NCBI GenBank assembly: GCA_025201805.1
Contig: MU619240.1
Location: 301,690-365,689, forward strand
From: Parasitella parasitica NRRL 2501
Taxonomy: Eukaryota > Fungi > Mucoromycota
DNA length: 64,000 nucleotides
Direction: 5' to 3'
The notes beneath the pieces are model-generated. The model saw only the letters and a list, made by a program, of their open reading frames with translations, had not been told where the DNA came from and did no database searches. The translations under genes and the position numbers were made by a program. This document shows, piece after piece, positions 27,106 through 37,682 of this stretch. Position 1 is the stretch's first letter; every line of letters begins with the position of its first letter.

Positions 27106-29355
27106 AAGTACATCAACTTTTGCGAGCATTATACTTTTCACAAGACTTCAAGACAGCGCTTTTGGAAACCAAGACAGAGTGGCTTTGGAGGTACTATTGG
27201 CCGTATGTATACCGTTTCGCCAAGAGATATTGAAAAATACCATTTTCGGCTCTTACTCTTGCATGTTCCTGGAGCTAAGTCGTTTACAGATCTTCGCATC
27301 ATTAATGGTCAGTTGCATCCCACTTTTCAAGCTGCCGCACGCGCTCTAGGACTTTTGGCAGATGATACTGAATGGTCTGCAGCTATGACTGAGGCGTCTT
27401 TGTCGCAAACTCCAGCTTCTTTGAGAAAGCTATTCTGCATTCTGATCGCATTCAGTAGTGTAACTGATCCATATCAATTATGGTTGGATCATAAAGAAAG
27501 TATGGCTGAGGATTACCTCTTTGCGTATCAACGAGATCCAAGAAATGTGCATGAGCTTCGCTTCGAAATTTCTATTGAAATGTATGAGCACTGTCTCTTG
27601 GACTTAAATGATATCTTGGCAGACCATTGTTAAGATTTGAAGTCAATGGAAGGGTTCAGCAGCGTATTTACCAATACTGATACCCGAACCGATAGAAGCA
27701 CAAACCACTCCAACACTAATGAGAGAATGCATAGTCTGCTGTATGCTGAATCATTAGATGCATCTGATCCTGATCTTTTGTCTTTCAATGAAAGCCAAGC
27801 TTTAGTTTATGATGCTATTAAAGCATCTGCTTTTCTCGAAAATCCCCAAGGATCCCGCATTTTCTTCGTTGATGGTCCAGGTGGTACTGGTAAGACATCT
27901 GTGTTTAATGCACTCCTTGATCGTGTCAGACGAGAAGGTGATATTGCAATTGCTGTGGCATCAAGTGGAACTGCTGCATTATTGCTCAAAGGCGGACGTA
28001 CTGCTCACTCTACCTTCAAGATACCTTTAGAAGTAGGCAATACTAGCATGTGCGACATTTCGCCCCGCTCTAATATAGCATCATTTATCCAAAGAGCAAA
28101 AATTATTGTTTGGGATGAATGTTCAATGATTAGCAAGGACTTGATAGCAACAGGTGATGGCTAATTTCGTGATATAATGAATGCCGATCTCCCTTTTGGT
28201 GGCCTTCTCATGGTTTTTGGTGGAGATTTTCGTCAGATTTTGCCGATAATCCGTGGTGCCAGCAGATCGGTTATTGTCGGCCAGTGCTTGAACAAAGCAT
28301 GCTTTTGGCCATTGGTGGTCTCAATGAAATTGCGCACAAACATGAGAGTTCAACAGGCTCTTCAAACTGACAATCCAGGTCTTGCCAATGAACTTCAACA
28401 GTTCGCTGATTATCTACTTCAGGTTGGTCAAGGTACTGTTCCTACAATTACTCTGCCCAGAGACATACCTACAGATTTTATCCAAATTCCTGAGGAGATA
28501 CTCATATCTGGAGATAAATTGATTAATTTGATAAGAAGCATATTCTTTGATATTGCGACTGCGGCCAACAGTCTTGATTACTTTGCTGGGAGGGCTATCT
28601 TGGCTGCAAAAAACAGAGATGTCAAGGTGATAAACGATATACTCTTGGAGTGCATTGAAGGGCGCAAAATGTCGTACATCAGTAGTAATCAAGCCTGCGA
28701 AGATGAATCTCAATTGACAATGCCGGTTGAGATGCTTAACACCATCGAAAATGGGTCTTTGCCTCCTCATATTCTTGATTTGAAAATTGGTGCTCCAATT
28801 ATGGCAATCAGAAATATTGATCCTGCGGCTGGCATCTGTAATGGTATGAGAAGATTAATCGTCAATTCACTCATGACGAATGTCATCGAAGCAATCATTG
28901 CTACTAGGCCCAATGCTGGCAACATTGTCCTTATCCCTAAAATCAAATTCATCTCTCTTGCCACTGAAGGCCTCTCACCTTTTGATTTTCAACGAATCCA
29001 GTTTCCCGTAAGACTGGTGGTATTTGCGATGACCATCAACAAGTCGCAAGGGCAAACGCTAAATTCTGTTGGTTTGTACCTGCCAGGCCATTTATTTGGT
29101 CATGGTCAACTGTATGTCGCATTATCACGTGTGAGGACGCCAACTTCTGTCAAAGTAATGATCTCTGATGATATATCCCGAATAGACAATCATACTGGGT
29201 CATATACTCACAATATCGTTTATCAAGAAGTTTTCTACAATGGTAAAACAGGCCTGCGGCAGCACGAGCTGTACACCACTTTAGTGAAGGGTAAATTTAC
29301 CGTAGCGAAGCGAAGGTGAAAATTTAACCGAACGTGGCGGTGTGATACAGCTCGT
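27106..29355 (+). mobile_element. Helitron 3' fragment: PIF1-type helicase pseudogene without the Rep/HUH domain
   Basis: IGRMYTVSP...RLLLLHVPGAKSFTDLR, FFVDGPGGTGK, ASSGTAALLLKGGRTAHSTFKIP, WDECSM, FGGDFRQILP, AMTINKSQGQTL, HGQLYVALSRV, NIVYQEV. One frame with in-frame TAA at 27631 and 28162; terminal hairpin ending CTCGT. Confidence 0.9.
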
Positions 29356-29885
29356 TAATGGTAAAGATGTTAAACTTGACTACTCAGATAACGTCTGTTA
29401 TAATAGTTATTATATATGTAAAAGACCCCTGTATCAACGATGCTAAAATGAAGTTATTATAGATGTGTTTAGAATGAAACTAAATATAGATCATGAATCA
29501 GATCTATAATCTAGCTTTCTAAGCACTGTGAATACAACATCCCTTCATTAACTGCAACTTGTTTCAGTGAATATGGTAACAATGTTTTTTATCTTATCTT
29601 TTTAATTGAAAGAACTTATTTGAAAATAAAAGCACAATCAAAGAACTCTAAAGTTTGGTGAAAACCATTCATAGTAGCAGATAATTTTAATGTTTCTTAC
29701 AGTTCACATCCCAGGTACGAAATATGAACAAATAATACAAGTAAAGAACAAAAGGATTTTTTTTTTGCGTGAATTTTGTTGAATGATAAATACGGTGTTA
29801 TTAAATAAGGAATTGCTATAGGTATCGAGTTTATGACAAACATATTCATAATTATAGTGGATACGATGGTTAAAAAAGACACATT

Positions 29886-30956
29886 TTAACTTTTTGTCTT
29901 GAATCTGTTATACACTGTGCGCAACACTTCTGAGGTTTTGTAATGGATAACGTTGGTTTGTTTCTTTAGCATATCATGACAACCACGCCAGTTCATTCGA
30001 TTTCTAGTTTCTTTGTACCGCTCAACAAAATCCATGGTGTTTTCAAATCTCTCTTCATCTTGGCTAACCAGTTGAGTCTTTTCTGGCTCCTCCTTATCAA
30101 TATTCGCATCGTCAGCTGATCGTTTTACTTGCTTTAACTTTGATATTCCAAGTAGAGCTTCATTTTGAATACAGGGGGAATCATATTGTAAACGTTCCGC
30201 TATCTCTGGGATTTGTCGGTAATGTTTAACTCCCACACCACAAGCACCGTTGATAGCATTAAGTAATTGTTGCTCTCGATCAATATTTTCTTGTAAGACT
30301 TCTGTTGCAATTGAAAATAATTGTCTAATAGTCAGATTTTCCAACGAGTTATTTTCCAATAAACTAGCCTGTTGCTGAAGTATAAAATTTGAAACTGCAG
30401 CAAATGGATCAGTTGAGCTGGTAAGCGTAAAAACATTTTGAAGTCTGATCAAATATCCTTTTCTGGCCCAATATTCACAGTTAAGTGATAAAGCACCATT
30501 AACATTTGATAGGCGCATATTTTCAGTAGGTATTGATACATGTTCGGGAGCGAATACCAGTAGTACAGGGAAGACTTGATAACGACGATAAGCCATTACA
30601 CAATAATGAACAACTCTTGCCATGAAATTGACATCAACTGTTCTCTGAACTTCAACGATTATAGGTGATTGCTTTAGGGATCTATCTAATGGTTCATATA
30701 AAACGTCTGATCTTGATCCGTCAGGCCATTCTGCATCTCCAACTCTGTAATTATCACCATTAACATCCAAAATGGCAGCCGTAATGATGTTCTTTACGAA
30801 AGGATGTTTTAAAATAGTTTTACTGGTCTTGTCAGTACCAGGGCGCTCGACAAATGGGATTCTTGATGTTAACAGGGATTCTATTTAACAGTTAATTAAT
30901 AACTTTTCTAGTTGAAAAGAACTACAAGGTTATATAGACTTACGTTTATCAGTCAT
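29886..30956 (-). CDS. PD-(D/E)xK/Rpn-like nuclease-fold protein with C-terminal Myb/SANT-like segment, 2 exons
   Basis: ATG 30956; 63-nt GT-AG intron 30943-30881 splices in frame (MTDKQSLLTSRIPFVERPGTDKTSK...). Motif WPDGSRSDVLY...PIIVEVQ...FMARVVHYC resembles the D...ExQ...R..xY pattern of PDDEXK_2/Rpn proteins. Confidence 0.7.
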
Positions 30957-30971
30957 TTCAATAAAAAAAAA

Positions 30972-31126
30972 GAAAGCGTAACAAAGCCGTAACGTAACCG
31001 TAACAAAACCGTAACGTTTAAATTCCACTGTAACGTAACAAAGCCATATCTTGACGCTGTAAATTTGCAATGAGATCGCGACGTTGAATTTGACTACGGT
31101 CTAATCGAAAGCACAAGTTAGTCTTA
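30972..31126. repeat. Right inner inverted-repeat block with four GTTAC 11-mers (read on - strand)
   Basis: Reverse complement of 25757-25887, including GTTACGGTTTT/GTTACGGTTAC/GTTACGGCTTT/GTTACGCTTTC. Confidence 0.93.
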
Positions 31127-31222
31127 TTCTATTGATACTTTGAAATAAATGAAAATAAACTAAAGAGAACGATAAGCTACCAAATCCGTACTATAGCAAA
31201 AGGATTCGAGAATTAGTTTCTA

Positions 31223-32683
31223 CAGTCGACAAAGGTTGGCCCAATAAAAAAAATAATTGGTCAGCTTGAAATGAGAATGGGCCACCGATTTTAACAAAAA
31301 TGGGATCATTTAATACGAAAATGGGTCACCAATAAAGAAATGCAATATGAGGACTAGCCAAATTCTCTCTTCTTTTTCTCTTCTTGAATTTTTTATATTG
31401 CTTAACATAAACAAAGAATACAATTTTGACAGTGAGACAGCACCTGTGATGATACAATCATACATGGACTGGGAAGAGACTGCAGCACAAAAAGAAGCTA
31501 AGAGGAAGACCAAACCTCACTCCGAAGAGCCCCCCCCCACCCCTTGATGTAGTAAAAAAGGAAAGGGGATCATACATCACCAAGAACGAAGCAAAGGTAG
31601 TCAATTTGATCAGTTTATTGCAAGAATTTGAGAATATGTCTATCAGTGAAGCGGGTAGAAAGGTAGGGCTCTCCAAGTCAACAGCTATTCGTAAAGTCAA
31701 GCAGTGGAATGCAAATGACAAGCGAAATAGTTGAAAAGGGATTCCCTGATTCTATCGCAACCAAAGTAGGAAAGGGACGACCAGCAATACTCAAAGACGA
31801 ACATACTGTATTTATCTTTGAGCTGCTGGCTAATGAGCCAACATTGACAGTCGAAGCTGTTACAGACAACCTGTCAAAAGAATTTAGAGATATACAGATC
31901 ACCCTTAGATCAGTGGAAAATCATATGAAGAAGAAGAAGTGTCGCCTAACCTACAAGCGTATCATTCCTAGATATTATGGCAGGAACACGGATGAGACTG
32001 TTGCCAAAAGACGAGATGCGGTAGCATACTGGGTTAGCCAGAACATAGATTTTATGAATGAAATGCGTGTTCTTGGATGAAGCTGGATTTAATAGGAGTA
32101 TGCATCGCTCATATGGATGGTCTGAGGCTGGAACACCTTGCAAAATTGATGTTCAAACGAAGGGAGCAAATGTCAGCATCTTGGGTGCTATTTGTAAAAA
32201 GTGGTTTAATCACATTATCCAGAAAAGAAGTTATACTTGGTGCTAGGAGTGGAAAGCGAACTCGAACTGGTGAGAAATCTCAGGCCCTCAAGAAAAAGGG
32301 TACTACCAGCAATGACTTCCTTGAATACACTTGATACGGCTAACATGAGCTACAAATATCTAGTTCTTGACAATGCATCCAATTCACAAGGCTGCACTTA
32401 TTGAAGATTGGCTTGGTCAACGTGGCTATAAACTTCTCTTTTTGCCTCTTTTTTCTCCTTTTTTTGAATCCAATCGAAGAGTTTTGGTCCAAGCTGAAGA
32501 CTGTTGTAAATAACGATCCCTCTTCTGTCAGGCAGAATGAAAAAATCTCTGATCGTATTCGCAATGCATCATTTTACATCAGCAGAAAAGACTGCGAGAA
32601 TTGGATAAAGCATTCTTTGACGTTCTGGGAGAGATGCTTGAATTGTGAAAAAGGATTATAAGAGGCAAAATAAAAAGCATGCA
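31223..32683 (+). mobile_element. Tc1/mariner (IS630-like DDE) DNA transposon, copy B; frameshifted pseudogene, right TIR missing
   Basis: TA at 31221-22 then CAGTCGACAAAGGTTGGCCCAAT TIR (31223-31341). HTH (SISEAGRKVGLSKSTAIR), GRP, FLDEAGF, VLDNAS, NPIEEFW spread over several frames. Identity to copy A stops at 32683. Confidence 0.9.
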
Positions 32684-32975
32684 ATATATATCTTTGAATT
32701 CGCTATCAAATAAAGGTTAAAGAAGATTCTAGCAATAATAACATTTCCTATTTTGTTCTGACGGTCTCGAGAAATTCTTTCGAGAAATTTCTTTCGACCT
32801 AGAACTGAACAATCATCATAATGTTTAAATGTTGATAGATTATTTCAGATTTGTAACCGACAATTAAAAAAAAACCATAGCATATTCAATTCCTATCCTT
32901 ATAACTTCACATTTATCATTTTATGTTACATCTGTTGAGTTAAGTCACCGTATCCAATATCGAGGCAAGAATATA

Positions 32976-34400
32976 CAGTCAGGGCTCGTTATAACGGACA
33001 AAAATATGTTTTGTATAGTGAGTTATCCCCTATTCAGAATTCGATACTCTACAGTACAGCTTCTGGAATTTGAAATCTACCAGAAGCTTATTATGAAGCT
33101 TAGCTTTTGTTAGTAAAATTACCCTCAACCTCAACCCTAATCTCTACTAGAGTTTCTATTCTACATGCTTAGCATTAGCAGCATAAAAAAAGGAGTTCCT
33201 GAGCTGATATTAAGCATTATTATAAGTATCAATGTAATAGGGCTTCTCTGTCATTAGTAATTAGCAACTTATGAACAAATAACTAGGGATTATTACAGCA
33301 AAAGATTGTATTCATTAGTTATCCTCGCCTGCTTCCAATTCGATGAGCCACAACTGTTGTATCATATTACTATGAGGAAAGGTATACTCGTGGCATCAAA
33401 AATACTTACTTTATAGAGCTGTGTCATGTACTAGAATTGACATTGACGTGATATCATCTCCAGATAGATACTTTTTACAGCTTAAAAGCAAGAACTTTAG
33501 CTTTGTATGCCATTTTTTGATTAATTTTCATAATCAAAAGTGCCCTGAAAACACCAAAAATAGTATCCATTGGGAAAAAACAATATTATATATGATTTTG
33601 GTGCAATTTGAGCATGATTTTTTTTTCGATGCAAAATCACGGATTTTTTCTATTTTTTCCTTGTATCCACACATCCAAAATCATTGATTATGCATAATCA
33701 TCGATTTTGACCTCAGAAATGCGACTTTTTACTATAGCATATATTGGAGGAAAATGATCGTAAAAGACCATTCCTTGATCTGAAAAACTAAAAATGCGCT
33801 CTGATTAAGCAAAATATTGACTTTTCCCTCTTGATATGTTTTGAAGTTTTCTCAGCATAATTCCTTTCATAAGCATATGGGGATTATGAAATTATACCAT
33901 CTTGTAAAGCGCCCAAAAATACAGCTATTATCATAGACTGACAGTCGTGGTATGCATAGTATCAAAGAATGATATCTTGTCTTAAAGAAGTAATTTTGTT
34001 TTCTAATTGTACAAATGGAGTTTCTGAAAGAATTTTTCCTTTCTGATTTTGGACGCGTTTAATCTCCGCTATCAATGAAAAATGGTGTTATTTTGAAGAA
34101 AAGCCCTAGCTTTGAGAAGCCCCAGCTTACCCATTTCAAGAGAAAAAAAATTGTAACTTAGTTTAATTTAATGGTGTTTTTGTTGGCTTTCCAATGGTAG
34201 TACTTGCATGTCTTTATCTGGCCTGGCGATCTCACGCTCCGATTTTCATAAATACTTTTCCGAATAAAGCCAGGAAAGTCGCTTCCTTCATTCGATGGCA
34301 ACTTAAAAAAGTACAAAAACTTGCTCCAAACTATGCAAATGTGCAATAAAAAGATGTCTTGTAGTTCAATGCATTACTTTGCATTACTTTTTTTTTTTTT
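32976..34400. mobile_element. Probable non-coding DNA-transposon remnants
   Basis: TA+CAGTCAGGGCTCGTTATAACG at 32974 resembles Tc1/pogo-type termini. AT-rich, gene-free, with short hairpins. No matching second end found. Confidence 0.3.
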
Positions 34401-35401
34401 TTTTTCTGACAATAACACACTGAAGTTCGTGTAGACTAAAAAAAACCAGGCGCCTAAAATCTTCATATCTAGTTTTGCAAAAGGCACACACTTTTGAGCC
34501 ATTCCAATATTATAAAAAATATAGACAAGACCTTTATAATAGAAAACGCCAGATCAACTGAAGGTATAAGCAAATGCCAAAGAAAACGGAACAATCTGCC
34601 ACCAGGATAACACACATATTCATAAAAAAAAAAATATCATTATAGAAATTTATGAAATCCCATGGACGTAAATGTGTTTATCTTCAATCTTGCTCTCCGT
34701 TCCTGAATCCAATTAAAGATTTTTAAACCAAAGTCAACAGACACTCTTACACCCAGAATCACAGAAGTTGTCAATTTACAGCCATAACCTTTTTAAATAC
34801 TACCTTGAACTTAAAGGTATAATGTAGATTGATTATTTCACAACACATTCTCTTAATATTTTCACTACGGATGAAACAAAGCAATTATACTTGAAATCTT
34901 TTTAGAAACTTCTTAGCTTTCATTAGAAATAAACGGTTTTTTAGCCAGAAACCCAAATATTAATTATCACAATCACCATAAACTTTATCATTTACTTGAA
35001 CTTTTTTTTTTGTCAGAAACGATAAACAGACTGAAGTTAAACTCCTAGTACTCAATGTTTGATTTTTTGAATCTAGGCACTCTCTTTGTACATTGTCATT
35101 TGATGGTATACCATCGAAGCATGGACGAATCGGGCTGAAGCCATCAAGCTTTGCTTTAATGAAAGGAAAGGAACATATCAAGTGTAGTGTTATTCCTTGA
35201 GAATATAGGGTACATACAAGAGACATTGCATTGTCTGGATATTCAATAGGAAGATGACGTACAATTGAGATTAAGTGGTACATTTTGTCAAGCGGGCTTG
35301 AAAGAGGGGCGAGCAGCAAAGAAAAAAGACGCGCAATCAGTTGCAACGCTTTCCTCTTTTTTCTTTTTTCGTTTTACTTGAATACATATACTATTACAAC
35401 A

Positions 35402-36748
35402 ATGACTCAGAATATGGAAGTAGATTTCGATGTACCCAAGTTTCTCTATGAAGAGAGACAAAAGGCACCCTCTCAGCTCCAACATTATTACAGTACATTT
35501 GAAGAGCTCTATGAAAGAAAGTAAGAAAACTCCATCAAGCAACTCGCGTAACAGAGCATTTATCAAATTAAATTGTAGGTTATGGCATCAATTGACAACC
35601 AAGGTTCTGGATTTTTACAATGAGCCCGAGTCTGCTCCTTTCCAAATTTCACTTTTCCAAAACTTTGTTGCTGAATGGGAAGACAAAACCAATAAACTAT
35701 CACTTGTCTCCATCGCCCTTCAAGCCGCCAAGCAATTTCCAGGTAATTTCAATATAGAATATGCTCGGATTGGATGGTGTCATTGAAAAAAAAAAAATTC
35801 CCTGTAGATCTGACCGAATCCGTCAACTTTTTGAATGAGATTATCAAAAAGGTCGATGCGCCTGAGACTAAAGATGTTTACGTTCTTGCGCTTATGGAAT
35901 CAGCACAATTCAAATTGAAATTAAATCAAACAGAAGACATAAAGAAGACTATCGAGGAATCAGAAAAAATTTTGGATGGTTTTGATAGTGTAGACACAGT
36001 TATTTATGCTAGCTTCTACCGCGTCAGTGCTGAATATTACAAGGTCAAGGCTAACTATGCGCAATATTACAAGAATGCATTATTGTATTTGGCTTGTGTC
36101 GATGTTGAAAAGTTGAATGTGAATGATAGGATCGAAAGAGCTTACGATCTCTCTCTTTCTGCACTGTTGGGTGATATGATTTATAATTTTGGTGAATTGG
36201 TAAGCGGTGGCTTTGGGATTACTTTTTAAATTTGAAGTGTATTTACAAATGCTGTCTCTTAGTTAATGCATCCTATTCTCGACTCTCTTCACGGCACTCA
36301 ACATGACTGGCTCCGATCTTTATTATTCGCTTTCAATGCTGGCGATATCGGTAAATTCGAATCATTGGTGCCTCATTTCTCAAAGCAGCCTTTACTTGAG
36401 CAGAATCAGGGCGCACTTAGAAGGAAGATCTGCTTGATGTCTTTGATCGAGGCAGTTTTTAAACGTCCCACAGATAAACGCTCCATTCCTTTCTCTGAGA
36501 TTGCCGCTGAAACACTTTTATCGGTAGATGAAGTTGAACATTTAGTCATGAAGGCATTATCTTTGAATTTGATCCGAGGTTCAATTGATCAAGTGGATCA
36601 AATCGTTGTTGTTACTTGGGTTCAACCTCGTGTTCTTGATAAGGAGCAAATTGAAGGCATGAGGCGTAAGCTTACAGAATGGAGCAACCATGTTAAGAAA
36701 ATCAGTGCCTTCGTCGGAGAACAAGGCGGCGAAGTCTTTGCTCAGTAG
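35402..36748 (+). CDS. RPN9: 26S proteasome lid subunit Rpn9 (PSMD13), 4 exons
   Basis: FEELYERK|LWHQLT, YYKNALLYLAC, SALLGDMIYNFGEL|LMHPIL, PCI domain VEHLVMKALSLNLIRGSIDQVD...WVQPRVL. Confidence 0.95.
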
Positions 36749-37682
36749 ATATCATTGCTTAATGCCATTATTTTTTTTTAAATAAAATATTAAAGATGAA
36801 TGTTTATATTTATACCGTATCCGTTGGCTTGAGATAGCTATTTCTAGTTCGAGTCCTTGCGTTTTGTAGAGCGTTCCCTATTTGTTTGCAATATCGGATT
36901 TCGCCACACATCACAATGGTTGAAATTTCAACAAAATGAAAATCTTAAAATTGGTCATGCTAATGAACATGAATTATGAAATCAGGTTTAATTGTTGAAA
37001 CATAGGTTCTTGGGAGTTACTCTCTATAAAGTGAAGCAGATTCATGCAGTACTCGTCCACCTTACCTCTACTCTTCTGTACAATTTGTTGAGGTCTAAGA
37101 GAACATGCTGTAAGGAGAGAAAGAGAGTACTCGATGTCAGCGACAGAGCACAAAGATGAATTTTCAATGTGTACGCCAGAGTTCGGTAACAGCTGCAATG
37201 AGAACGAGTGAGGAAGGAGCCTTCATCATTTGGATTTCGAACAATGGAAGTGTACTTATGACCATCAACCGCCCAAAAAGCTTTCACTGTGCTCATTTAG
37301 AAGAGGCATTGATGTATGTGTGGATGAGACAAATAAAGCAATTAGCAAAAGTGTTGTACTAGCATTTCAGCAGTTTGTCATTACACTAATTGATATAGGA
37401 TATTCCTTTGTATGTATAGTTAACAAATAGTGTCTAGAAATGGTTGAACATTTGGATATCTGGGCCTGTTCGATCCAGGACATCTCACAAGCCACTATAA
37501 AAAAAAAAAAAAAAAGAGACATTTGGAAAAAAAAAGAAAAGCGCATTTGCTGTTTTATTCACTCACTTGCAACACTAAGAGCAGTAGGAATCAAGCTCAA
37601 CTCACATCTGTTTTGTTAATACAACACCGAGCAGATCTTTACGAAATACACAAAGTGAAAACAATCAGATACAATAGCATTA

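Noticed and set aside
31340-32687. ATGCAATAT 9-mer at both the inner TIR edge and the truncation point of Tc1 copy B
   Set aside because: AT-rich short match with five bases already dictated by the element sequence; plausibly chance.
34600-35346. Minus-strand ORF upstream of RPN9
   Set aside because: Non-ATG start, overlaps the RPN9 promoter region, no motif.
36825-36860. tRNA-like A/B boxes (TGGCTTGAGATAG...GTTCGAGTCC)
   Set aside because: Spacing is too short and no cloverleaf stems could be built.
36811-37440. Possible small spliced gene on the minus strand between RPN9 and the ARID gene
   Set aside because: Several splice-like signals, but no single convincing frame or recognisable motif.
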